64,000 bases of DNA from Bacteroidota bacterium (GTDB taxonomy: Bacteria; Bacteroidota; Bacteroidia; Chitinophagales; Chitinophagaceae). The notes under the pieces were generated by a model. That model was not told the DNA's origin, did not search any database, and worked only from the letters and a program-made list of their open reading frames with translations. Made by a program: the position numbers and the translations under genes. Where the stretch lies: NCBI GenBank assembly GCA_947487525.1, contig CANKWR010000005.1, forward strand, positions 3,958 to 67,957, given 5' to 3'. Positions 38,720 through 47,269 of this stretch are shown here, in pieces (the first letter of the stretch is position 1; each line of letters starts with the position of its first letter).

Positions 38720-39637
38720 ATGAAAACTGAAACCAGAAGCTTTTTTCAATTTAGTCCCGGACTTCGATTGCTTATGCTCTTGTTGGTGACGGCCATTTGC
38801 TTTATTCTTGGGAGTGTCATTACCTATTTTTTTGTGGCCCAATACCTGAAAATTGACCTTTTAGAGATTCCAACAGCGTTGTTATTGCCCCAAAATGGTC
38901 GTATAGCCTTAATTTCTAATGCAACAGCTGCTTTAATCGCCTTTTTATTGCCCAGTATAGTGGTGGCCTTCATTTCAAAGGGGGCGATAGTAAGCAATTT
39001 GGGCTTGAGTCAAAAAATTAATCTAAGGCAGGGAGCGATCGTCATTTTACTCGCTTTATTTGGCTTAGTGTTAAGTGGTTCATTGGCAACGGTCACACAG
39101 GCCATACCCATGGGAGCGGATCTTAAATCATGGGCCAAAGGTTTAGAAAATACCTATAAGCAAGCGATGTTGGCAATGATGCAAATGCATTCAATAGGGG
39201 ACTTGCTTATTAGCTTGTTTTTAGTAGCCATGATTCCTTCTATTGCTGAAGAATTTTATTTCAGAGGTGCTTTGCAAAAAACATTAAGGGATTGGTCTGG
39301 CGCACCTATCTTGGCTATAGTGATTACTGCCATTTTGTTTAGTGCAATCCATTTTTCATTTTATGGTTTTTTATCAAGAATGGCATTGGGCATTTTGCTC
39401 GGATTAATTTATGAGCAGACTAAAAGTATTTGGTTACCCATGTTAATGCACTTTATCAACAATGGGGTTGCCATTACTGTTTTATATTTTGCTAGAGGAG
39501 ATCAGAAGAAAATAGATCAAACCATGGATGAAACCATGCCTTGGTATTGGGGAATTATTTCAATCGTATTTATCATATTCTTATTTATGCAATTAAAAAA
39601 ATACAATAATGCAGGATTGGAAAAAAAAATACAGTAA
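38720..39637 (+). CDS. CPBP/Abi family intramembrane metalloprotease
   Basis: EEFYFRG, FSAIH, HFINN; many TM helices. Confidence 0.9.
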   Translation: MKTETRSFFQFSPGLRLLMLLLVTAICFILGSVITYFFVAQYLKIDLLEIPTALLLPQNGRIALISNATAALIAFLLPSIVVAFISKGAIVSNLGLSQKINLRQGAIVILLALFGLVLSGSLATVTQAIPMGADLKSWAKGLENTYKQAMLAMMQMHSIGDLLISLFLVAMIPSIAEEFYFRGALQKTLRDWSGAPILAIVITAILFSAIHFSFYGFLSRMALGILLGLIYEQTKSIWLPMLMHFINNGVAITVLYFARGDQKKIDQTMDETMPWYWGIISIVFIIFLFMQLKKYNNAGLEKKIQ

Positions 39638-39827
39638 TACCAGTTTAGCCTATGTGTCAATGGTAGAAGGCATATTGAATGAGCAGGGTATCCCTGCAAA
39701 AATGCTCAACCGCCAAGACAGCAGTTATGTTTTTTTAGGCGAAATGGAATTATTTGTCCCCTCGGAGTTTGAAGTAATTGCAAAAGAATTAGTGAATTCA
39801 ATTAAATTAGATGCATTGGACGCATAA
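39609..39827 (+). CDS. DUF2007-like small protein
   Basis: GILNEQGIPA..LNRQDSSY..GEMELFV. Confidence 0.7.
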   Translation: MQDWKKKYSNTSLAYVSMVEGILNEQGIPAKMLNRQDSSYVFLGEMELFVPSEFEVIAKELVNSIKLDALDA

Positions 39828-39853
39828 AATATTTTTTAAATTTTGTAAAATCT

Positions 39854-40732
39854 ATGGCATTTAATTTTTCAGTTTTTAGGGTAAGGGCTTTGTCAGCAAT
39901 TGTTTTTGCCTTCATCATGATAAGTGGACTATTGTGGAATGAATGGTCTTTTTTTACTTTATTTTTGATAATTAGTATCGGGTGTTTATATGAATTTCAA
40001 AAACTAATTAGGCTTATCACTCCTGCGTATAAAAATATTTCCTTGCTTCATCATTGGGGCTTGCTTTTATTGTGCGCGGCCATCATGATGGCGCTTGCTC
40101 CTGCAACACTCATGATCCAAGATGTTTACTTACGATTCATTGGGATGCGGGCTGTACCGGTAATACTAGTCATACTTTTATTGGGAGATGTTTTTACAAA
40201 AAAGGGGAGCCTGCAAAATTGGGCAAGTAGTTTTATGGGGCTCATTTATATTCCACTAGGCTTGTCCTTGTTTTTTCAATTAAAAGGACTTCCAGTTTCA
40301 AATGAATATCCACAATGGGGATGGATGCTACCCCTTATTATTATTGCCACAGTTTGGATTAATGATACAATGGCCTACCTAGCTGGTTCCTTTATTGGAC
40401 GTACGCCGCTTTCCTCGATTTCACCCAATAAAACATGGGAAGGAACCATTGCGGGGGTAATATTAGCTGTGATTATGGTCACCTTCTTAAGCGGTTGGGT
40501 GAACAAGTATTACTTCCCACATTTAGAAAATACAAAACAAGTGTTCATCATTTGCTTAACAGCTGCCATTGCCGGAAATTATGGTGATTTAATGGAAAGT
40601 AAGTTAAAGCGAATGGCAGGCGTAAAAGACAGCGGCAATATGATGCCTGGACATGGCGGTTTTTTGGACCGTTTTGACTCAATTTTATTTGCCGGCCCAT
40701 TTGTATGGCTAATAGTTCAATTTCTCTATTAG
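39854..40732 (+). CDS. cdsA: Phosphatidate cytidylyltransferase
   Basis: ISPNKTWEG, GDLMESKLKRMAGVKDSG..MPGHGGFLDRFDS. Confidence 0.95.
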   Translation: MAFNFSVFRVRALSAIVFAFIMISGLLWNEWSFFTLFLIISIGCLYEFQKLIRLITPAYKNISLLHHWGLLLLCAAIMMALAPATLMIQDVYLRFIGMRAVPVILVILLLGDVFTKKGSLQNWASSFMGLIYIPLGLSLFFQLKGLPVSNEYPQWGWMLPLIIIATVWINDTMAYLAGSFIGRTPLSSISPNKTWEGTIAGVILAVIMVTFLSGWVNKYYFPHLENTKQVFIICLTAAIAGNYGDLMESKLKRMAGVKDSGNMMPGHGGFLDRFDSILFAGPFVWLIVQFLY

Positions 40733-40738
40733 ATGTTT

Positions 40739-40746
40739 TACCTTTG
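40739..40746 (+). promoter_or_regulatory. -7 promoter box for psd
   Basis: TACCTTTG. Confidence 0.6.
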
Positions 40747-40763
40747 CGCCATAAATAATTCGT

Positions 40764-41420
40764 ATGACAATTCACAAAGAAGGTACCGCAACCATTGCTT
40801 TAACAGCATTAGTCGTAGGCGCCCTTAATATCGCCAACTTTTCTTACCTATTCCCAATAAGCGCAATAGCAGCATGGGCGGTATTCGCCCTTACTTTAGG
40901 GTTGTTTCTTTTTATTGTATCTTTTTTCAGGATGCCAAGCAGAAATTGGACGAAGGATCGTACAGCGATTGTTTCTCCAGCCGATGGTAAAGTGGTGGTT
41001 ATTGAAGAAGTTCAACCAGACGAGTATTATAAAGAAAAAAGAATTCAAATAAGTGTGTTCATGAGCCCTGCCAATGTGCATGTGAATCGTACACCTATTG
41101 CCGGAAATATTATTTACAATCAATACCATCCTGGTCAATTTTTGGTAGCATGGCATCCAAAATCGTCTACTGATAATGAAAGATGGTCAGTAGTGATTGA
41201 AAATGAAAAGGGAAGCATTTTATTAAAACAAATTGCAGGGGCTTTGGCGCGCCGTATTTGTAATTATGCAACAGTGGGAACCAAATTTGACCAAACGGCG
41301 GAATATGGATTTATTAAGTTTGGTAGCAGGGTAGATTTGTTATTGCCTTTAGATGCAAAAATCAATTGTAAAATTGGTGATGTAGTGAAAGGCGGCATTA
41401 CCGTTTTGGCAAATTGGTAA
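40764..41420 (+). CDS. psd: Phosphatidylserine decarboxylase proenzyme
   Basis: FFRMP, SPADGKV, FMSPANVH, IKFGSRVD (self-cleavage GS). Confidence 0.94.
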   Translation: MTIHKEGTATIALTALVVGALNIANFSYLFPISAIAAWAVFALTLGLFLFIVSFFRMPSRNWTKDRTAIVSPADGKVVVIEEVQPDEYYKEKRIQISVFMSPANVHVNRTPIAGNIIYNQYHPGQFLVAWHPKSSTDNERWSVVIENEKGSILLKQIAGALARRICNYATVGTKFDQTAEYGFIKFGSRVDLLLPLDAKINCKIGDVVKGGITVLANW

Positions 41421-41448
41421 TTCGTTGAACTGCTAATTACATAACTCA

Positions 41449-41499
41449 TACATAATTTAAAAAGGCCTCAAGTTGTTTGAGGCCTTTTTAAATTATGTA
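41449..41499. terminator. Bidirectional terminator with 23-bp perfect stem
   Basis: TACATAATTTAAAAAGGCCTCAA-gttgt-TTGAGGCCTTTTTAAATTATGTA. Confidence 0.85.
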
Positions 41500-42195
41500 C
41501 TACAATATGTTCTCTAGCTCTTTTAAATGGGTAATGGTATAAGTGGCATGTACCGTAGGCACTGCATTGATATGATTTACAAATATGGAATCCATGCCTA
41601 TATTAATGGCACCTTGAATATCCGCATTTTCGTTATCGCCAATCATAATACTTTTGTTTAAGGAAGCGTTTGTTTTATCCAAAGCGTACTCAAAAATTTC
41701 TTTATTGGGTTTCAAGCTATTGCTGCCCTCTGAAGTGATTACTTCAATAAAATAAGGAGACAATTTTGAATTTTCAATTTTTTTAAATTGCACGGATTCA
41801 AATCCATTGGTGATTAAATGCATTTGATATCCTTTCGCCTTTAAATATTCTAATATTTCAATCGTATAAGGAAATAGATTTTTTTTATGGGGGAGGATGT
41901 CTAAATAGTCGAATGACATTGCTCTTGAAAGGGACTCATCTGCAATTTTATATTCTAGTAAACTTAAGTAGATGCGCTTCCACCTGAGCTCCTCTTGTTT
42001 AATAAAACCTTTGGTGTACCTATCCCATAAACGGTGATTGTGTAGGCTGTAATGGTTAAAGAATGCATCAAAATCGGTAATACCGATGTCGGCTAATTTA
42101 TATTTTTGGTGCAAGTCCAATAAGGTCTCTTTAGAATTCAATTCAAAATCCCAAATGGTATGATCGAGGTCAAAAAATAAGTGTTGATAGGGCAT
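41500..42195 (-). CDS. YjjG family HAD pyrimidine nucleotidase
   Basis: FFDLDHTIWDF, ITNGF, KP, IGD...DI.GA. Confidence 0.88.
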   Translation of the reverse strand: MPYQHLFFDLDHTIWDFELNSKETLLDLHQKYKLADIGITDFDAFFNHYSLHNHRLWDRYTKGFIKQEELRWKRIYLSLLEYKIADESLSRAMSFDYLDILPHKKNLFPYTIEILEYLKAKGYQMHLITNGFESVQFKKIENSKLSPYFIEVITSEGSNSLKPNKEIFEYALDKTNASLNKSIMIGDNENADIQGAINIGMDSIFVNHINAVPTVHATYTITHLKELENIL

Positions 42196-42276
42196 GTTTC
42201 CGAATTTGGGTTCTTTATAAGTGGCGAAAATACATGATTGCGCGTTATCTTTACTCCATATTAATATTGTTTTTAT

Positions 42277-42975
42277 ATGAATATTGTGATTACAGGCGCT
42301 TCAAAAGGAATAGGGTATGCCATTGCAGAAACATTTGCATCCCATGGCCATGATGTATATTTAACAAGTAAAACTGCAAGTGATTTAAAAACTACAGCGG
42401 ATACTTTAGCAATGCAATTCCCGAATGTGCAAATTCACCAGATGGCTGCTGATTTATCCAAGCAAGCCGAAGTGACCAACTTTGCCAACTGGTGCTTACA
42501 AAAAACAACCCCTACTATACTCGTCAACAATGCAGGCTATTTTGTGCCAGGAAAATTACAAGACGAAGCAGATGGGCAATTACAAACCCAATTAGATACC
42601 AATTTATTTTCGGCTTATCATTTAACTAGAGCGCTGCTTCCTAGTATGCTATCCAATCATGCTGGGCATATTTTTAATATTTGTTCAATTGCTTCTTTGG
42701 CAGCCTATGAAAATGGAGGGGCGTATAGTATTAGCAAATTTGCATTACTGGGTTTTTCAAAAAATTTAAGATTGGAATTAAAGGACCAAGGAATAAAGGT
42801 GACCGCAGTTTGTCCAGGAGCAGTGTATACGAATAGCTGGTCAGGATCCGGGGTGGATCCAAAAAGAATTATGGAAGCTAGTGATATTGCTAAAATGATT
42901 TATGCTGCAACGCAACTAAGTCCACAAGCGGTGGTAGAAGATATTGTCATGCGCCCGCAGTTGGGAGATCTATAA
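42277..42975 (+). CDS. Short-chain dehydrogenase/reductase
   Basis: TGASKGIG, NNAG, YSISK. Confidence 0.92.
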   Translation: MNIVITGASKGIGYAIAETFASHGHDVYLTSKTASDLKTTADTLAMQFPNVQIHQMAADLSKQAEVTNFANWCLQKTTPTILVNNAGYFVPGKLQDEADGQLQTQLDTNLFSAYHLTRALLPSMLSNHAGHIFNICSIASLAAYENGGAYSISKFALLGFSKNLRLELKDQGIKVTAVCPGAVYTNSWSGSGVDPKRIMEASDIAKMIYAATQLSPQAVVEDIVMRPQLGDL

Positions 42976-42977
42976 TT

Positions 42978-43256
42978 TTATAACCTTTCCTCCGTATCAT
43001 CTATACGCAAAGTAGTATTGAAACTTTCTCGTGCTTTTTTGGTAATAGCCAGTCGTTCAATAATGACTTGTGCAATAAGCTTACCCGCATCTTCGTTTGG
43101 ATTTGCACTTAATATGTTTTTAAGTTTGGCTTCTGAAACATCAATTCGATAAAGAATTTGTACCAGTCTTGAAAAATCATTTTTGATTAACTCATTAATC
43201 GCCTGCTCCAAATGAGGGGTGTCTAATTTTTCAAGAGATTGCAAATTGATTTCCAT
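42978..43256 (-). CDS. Conserved hypothetical protein
   Basis: INELIKNDFSRLVQILYRIDVSEAKLK, motif typical of Bacteroidota hypotheticals. Confidence 0.7.
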   Translation of the reverse strand: MEINLQSLEKLDTPHLEQAINELIKNDFSRLVQILYRIDVSEAKLKNILSANPNEDAGKLIAQVIIERLAITKKARESFNTTLRIDDTEERL

Positions 43257-43284
43257 TATCAGGTATTGATTGTATTAAGAAACA

Positions 43285-44070
43285 TTAAATAAATTTTTCA
43301 ATCACGCCCAAGCTAAATAAAGCAAAATCATATTTAGCAGGATCCTTCGGATCTAAAGTTCGGCAATAATCGGTTAACTCCAATGCAGCCTGCCAGTCGG
43401 TTTGGGGCCTATTTAAAATGCCCATTGTTCTGGAAATCCTGGCTACATGTACGTCAATGGGAATGATTAGTGCCGATGTTGGTATGGAATGCCAAATGCC
43501 AAAATCAACGCCTTGCTGATCAGTTCGAATCATCCATCTTAAAAACATGTTGAGTCTTTTGCAGGTAGATCCGGAAACTGGGCTGGAAACGTGTTTTTGT
43601 GTACGTCTGGGTGCGTCTTCTAAGGACATGAAATAGGACTGGAAATGGGTGAGTGCCGCTTGTACCGTTTTTATTTTTTCGCCAGTAATTTGATTGATAA
43701 AAAAAGCAGTTTCTAAGGAATGATTTTTTGAAAAATGCTGTTTGAAAAATTCAATACAATAAAGGGCATCCGTATCATTAAAAGTGCGGTGTACAAAACC
43801 CATTATTTTTTTTAAGTCTTTGGGGGTATGGTGCATACAAAAATCATAAGGTGTATTATCCATGCGTTCCATTAATTCCTTGCTCTTATTAATTATGGTA
43901 GTTCGATTACCCCAGGCAAAGATGGCAGCGAAAAAAGCAGCAATCTCTATGTCTTGCTGCTTTTTAAATAAATGTGGAATACAAATGGGATCTTTTGCTA
44001 TAAAATCAATCTGATTGTATTGCTTTACTTTTTGGTCTAATATTTTCTTGATCTCTTGCTGCTTACTCAC
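43285..44070 (-). CDS. TIGR02757/DUF2400 family protein
   Basis: DPICIPH, AWGNR, CKRLNMFLRWM, PIDVHV, DPKDPAKYDFALF. Confidence 0.88.
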   Translation of the reverse strand: MSKQQEIKKILDQKVKQYNQIDFIAKDPICIPHLFKKQQDIEIAAFFAAIFAWGNRTTIINKSKELMERMDNTPYDFCMHHTPKDLKKIMGFVHRTFNDTDALYCIEFFKQHFSKNHSLETAFFINQITGEKIKTVQAALTHFQSYFMSLEDAPRRTQKHVSSPVSGSTCKRLNMFLRWMIRTDQQGVDFGIWHSIPTSALIIPIDVHVARISRTMGILNRPQTDWQAALELTDYCRTLDPKDPAKYDFALFSLGVIEKFI

Positions 44071-44104
44071 TTTATATTTTATCCTATTCTAAATTGAAAT
44101 CATT

Positions 44105-45256
44105 TTATCCAATAGCTTGAGCCAAATCTGCAATAATGTCTTCGGCATCTTCAATGCCCACACTCAATCGAATTAAGCCGTCGGCTAAACCCTTGGCAAT
44201 TCTTTGATCACGTGGGATAGAAGCATGGGTCATGCTTGCAGGGTGATTGATTAAAGATTCAACACCCCCTAGGCTCTCCGCCAATGAAAATATTTTTGTG
44301 CTTGACAACACTTTGGTTGCGGCTGCAATACTATCATCTTTTAGGGTGAAGCTCATCATGCCGCCAAAGCCGCGCATTTGTTTTTTTGCAATATCATGGT
44401 TAGGATGGTCAGCGAATCCGCACCAGTACACTTTTGCTACTTTGGGATGCTGGCGTAAATAAGCGGCTACTTTTTCGCCGTTCTCGCAATGTCTTTGCAT
44501 TCTTACATGTAAGGTTTTAATACCTCTTAATACTAAAAAACAATCCTGTGGTCCAGGAACTGCACCTGTACTTTTTTGTATAAAGTACAATTGGTCTCTT
44601 AAATCTTGGTCGTTCATTACTAAACAACCTTGTATCACATCACTATGTCCTCCTAAATATTTAGTGGCTGAGTGCATCACAATGGTAGCGCCATCATCTA
44701 ATGGATTTTGTAAGTAGGGTGAGGCAAATGTATTGTCTACACAAACAATGCAACTGTGTTTTTTCCCAATTGCGGCTATCGCTGCAATATCAGTGATATT
44801 CATGAGTGGGTTGGTAGGCGTCTCCACCCAAATGAGTTTTGTTTTAGGCGTAATGGCATTGGTTACATTTTCGGCATTAGAAGTGTCAACATAATGAAAT
44901 TTAATGTTCATTTTTTCGTACACCTTGGAAAATAAACGATAAGTACCGCCATACATATCATGTGCAGCAATAACTTCGTCACCCGGAACGAGTAAACGCA
45001 TCACTGCATCGGTGGCAGCAACGCCGCTACTAAATGCCAATCCAAATTTTCCATTCTCTATCACTGCAAAAGCTTCTTCTAATGCAAAGCGGGTAGGATT
45101 TTGACTTCTCGCATATTCATATCCTTTATGCACACCTGGAGCAGATTGCACATAAGTGGAGGTTTGATAAATTGGCGTCATAATCGCACCCGTGCTTGGA
45201 TCGGGATGTGCACCTGCATGAATATATTTTGTACCTAGATTATTTTTATGGCTCAT
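44105..45256 (-). CDS. Cystathionine gamma-synthase/lyase (Cys/Met metabolism PLP enzyme)
   Basis: PIYQTSTY, YARSQNPTR, ETPTNP, DNTF, SATKYLGGHSD, AESLGGVESL. Confidence 0.93.
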   Translation of the reverse strand: MSHKNNLGTKYIHAGAHPDPSTGAIMTPIYQTSTYVQSAPGVHKGYEYARSQNPTRFALEEAFAVIENGKFGLAFSSGVAATDAVMRLLVPGDEVIAAHDMYGGTYRLFSKVYEKMNIKFHYVDTSNAENVTNAITPKTKLIWVETPTNPLMNITDIAAIAAIGKKHSCIVCVDNTFASPYLQNPLDDGATIVMHSATKYLGGHSDVIQGCLVMNDQDLRDQLYFIQKSTGAVPGPQDCFLVLRGIKTLHVRMQRHCENGEKVAAYLRQHPKVAKVYWCGFADHPNHDIAKKQMRGFGGMMSFTLKDDSIAAATKVLSSTKIFSLAESLGGVESLINHPASMTHASIPRDQRIAKGLADGLIRLSVGIEDAEDIIADLAQAIG

Positions 45257-45304
45257 AGTGATTTTTTTTAATCGTTATTTTTAATTTCAATTGTATTAGA
45301 TCAA

Positions 45305-45970
45305 TTATTGTTTGATAAGATTTCCTCCTTTAAACATTCGATACGAGAATACGGTGGGCACCACTACCATGACAAATACAATTCCTAAAAATGCAATAAG
45401 TCCTAGCTTATTAGGCAATACCAAGGTTGTAATGGCTTGTGCGATACCTCCATAAAACCAAACCTTGCCAGCAACCATATGTGTTTCATTCCAATTGTCC
45501 ACGTTTTCCAATGTCCATGGTAATTTAAATCCTGCAAAATAATTTTGGTGAAGCTTTGGCATGAACCAACCCATTAAGGAAAAGGCAAATCCAATAAAGG
45601 GCAATAAAATTTTACTAATATTCCCACTATCATTGGTTGAAGAGTAAGTAATAATCATGCCTAGCATGCTAAGAAATCCTACCAGAAATAAGGCAAATTT
45701 TTTATACATGCCATCGTCCTCGGTTTTAAATCTTTTTGGGTCAATGTTTTTAATATTTGTCATTAAGAAAAACGTAAATAATCCCACCCCTGCCATAATA
45801 CCGGGTCCTAAAAAAATAGTGCTTTTATCTCCCCAGTCATCGGCTTCGCCATTGATGTTGAAATGCGTAGGGATGGTTGTAGGCAAATTGGGGTATAAAT
45901 AAGCTGCATAGCCAAATGGGATCGCCAGTAACACCAGGGCAATGATTAAGTTATAGTTATTGTTTTTCAT
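45305..45970 (-). CDS. SdpI/DUF1648 family membrane protein
   Basis: LPTTIPTHFNINGEAD, NYFAGFKLPWTL...W.ETH. Confidence 0.85.
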   Translation of the reverse strand: MKNNNYNLIIALVLLAIPFGYAAYLYPNLPTTIPTHFNINGEADDWGDKSTIFLGPGIMAGVGLFTFFLMTNIKNIDPKRFKTEDDGMYKKFALFLVGFLSMLGMIITYSSTNDSGNISKILLPFIGFAFSLMGWFMPKLHQNYFAGFKLPWTLENVDNWNETHMVAGKVWFYGGIAQAITTLVLPNKLGLIAFLGIVFVMVVVPTVFSYRMFKGGNLIKQ

Positions 45971-46038
45971 TGAAAACTTGATTTTATGGGGGTAATTCCT
46001 ATCCGCACCACAAGTTACTATTTATGCCTAAAAAAAAT

Positions 46039-46046
46039 TACTTTTG
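46039..46046 (+). promoter_or_regulatory. -7 promoter box for the DHS-like gene
   Basis: TACTTTTG; implies start at ATG 46063. Confidence 0.6.
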
Positions 46047-46062
46047 CATCAAATCTGAAAAA

Positions 46063-47037
46063 ATGAGCAAAGGACCCGTTTCCCAATTTATTGAGCATCA
46101 ATACCGACATTTTAATGCTGCTGCTTTAGTAGATGCTGCTAAAGGTTATGAAACCCATTTATTAGAGGGTGGTAAAATGCTAGTGAGTTTAGCGGGTGCG
46201 ATGAGTACGGCTGAATTAGGCATTAGCTTGGCGGAAATGATTCGCCAGGATAAAATTGCCATCATTAGTTGTACAGGTGCCAATTTAGAGGAGGATGTGA
46301 TGAACTTAGTGGCGCATAGCCATTATAAGCGCGTACCTAATTATCGTGACTTAACCCCTCAGGACGAGTGGGATTTATTAGAGAATCATTATAACCGTGT
46401 AACCGATACTTGTATTCCGGAAGAAGAAGCTTTTCGCCGTTTGCAAAAACATATTGTAAAGTTTTGGAAAGATGCGGAAGCAAAAGGGGAGCGTTATTTT
46501 CCACATGAATTTCTATACCAAGTGGTATTGAGTGGAGAATTAGAGCAGTATTATGAGATTGATCCTAAGGACAGTTGGATCGTAGCAGCTGCAAAAAAGA
46601 ATATTCCAATTGTGGTTCCAGGATGGGAGGATAGTACTACTGGAAACATTTTTGCTTCTTATGTTATCAAGAATGAATTAAAAGCAAGTACTGTTAAAAA
46701 CGGTATTGAGTATATGATCATGTTAACCGAGTGGTATAGAGCCAACAGCGGTGGTAAAGGAGTTGGCTTCTTCCAAGTAGGAGGAGGTATCGCTGGAGAC
46801 TTCCCGATTTGTGTAGTACCCATGATGTACCAGGATTTAGAATGGCATGATGTTCCTTTCTGGAGCTATTTCTGTCAAATAAGCGATAGTACTACTTCCT
46901 ATGGATCATACTCTGGCGCGGTTCCTAACGAAAAAATCACTTGGGGCAAATTAGATATTCATACGCCTAAGTTTATTGTAGAGAGTGATGCTACCATTGT
47001 AGTGCCTTTGATCTTTGCTTATATTTTAGGACAGTAG
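46063..47037 (+). CDS. Deoxyhypusine synthase-like protein (probable homospermidine synthase)
   Basis: LAGAMST, TGANLEED, DSTTG, GGGIAGD, GSYSGAVPNEKITWGK, ESDATI. Confidence 0.88.
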   Translation: MSKGPVSQFIEHQYRHFNAAALVDAAKGYETHLLEGGKMLVSLAGAMSTAELGISLAEMIRQDKIAIISCTGANLEEDVMNLVAHSHYKRVPNYRDLTPQDEWDLLENHYNRVTDTCIPEEEAFRRLQKHIVKFWKDAEAKGERYFPHEFLYQVVLSGELEQYYEIDPKDSWIVAAAKKNIPIVVPGWEDSTTGNIFASYVIKNELKASTVKNGIEYMIMLTEWYRANSGGKGVGFFQVGGGIAGDFPICVVPMMYQDLEWHDVPFWSYFCQISDSTTSYGSYSGAVPNEKITWGKLDIHTPKFIVESDATIVVPLIFAYILGQ

Positions 47038-47054
47038 ATGTCCTTTACTATATA

Positions 47055-47248
47055 AAAAAAGCCCTTAAATTTCTTTAATGGGATAAACTAAATCAAGGCC
47101 ACCGTTTATGGGTGGCCTTGAAAAAATCTTAAGACATATAATAAAAAAGCCCTTAAATTTCTTTAATGGGATAAATTAAATCAAGGCCACCGTTTATGGG
47201 TGGCCTTGAAAAAATCTTAAGACATATAATAAAAAAGCCCTTAAATTT
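47055..47248. repeat. 88-bp tandem repeat (two full copies plus an 18-bp partial copy) containing hairpins
   Basis: 47055-47142 and 47143-47230 are identical except 47088 C / 47176 T; each holds TCAAGGCCACC-N7-GGTGGCCTTGA. Confidence 0.95.
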
Positions 47249-47268
47249 TATTAAGGGCTTTTTTATTA
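47227..47268. terminator. Bidirectional terminator
   Basis: TAATAAAAAAGCCCTTAA-atttta-TTAAGGGCTTTTTTATTA, 18-bp perfect stem. Confidence 0.85.
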
Positions 47269-47269
47269 C

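Noticed and set aside
38720-39637. Abi protein as a phage-defence gene
   Set aside because: CPBP intramembrane protease in a housekeeping context (dusB, cdsA, psd); no defence-island features
41449-41499. 23-bp perfect palindrome as a mobile-element end
   Set aside because: Sits between convergent genes with A/T tracts; adequately explained as a bidirectional terminator
45257-45304. SAM riboswitch before the cystathionine gamma-synthase/lyase gene
   Set aside because: Only 48 nt, AT-rich, no riboswitch motif
47055-47248. Mini-CRISPR (three 18-bp repeats with 70-bp spacers)
   Set aside because: Spacers are identical to each other, lengths are atypical and there are no cas genes; treated as a tandem repeat
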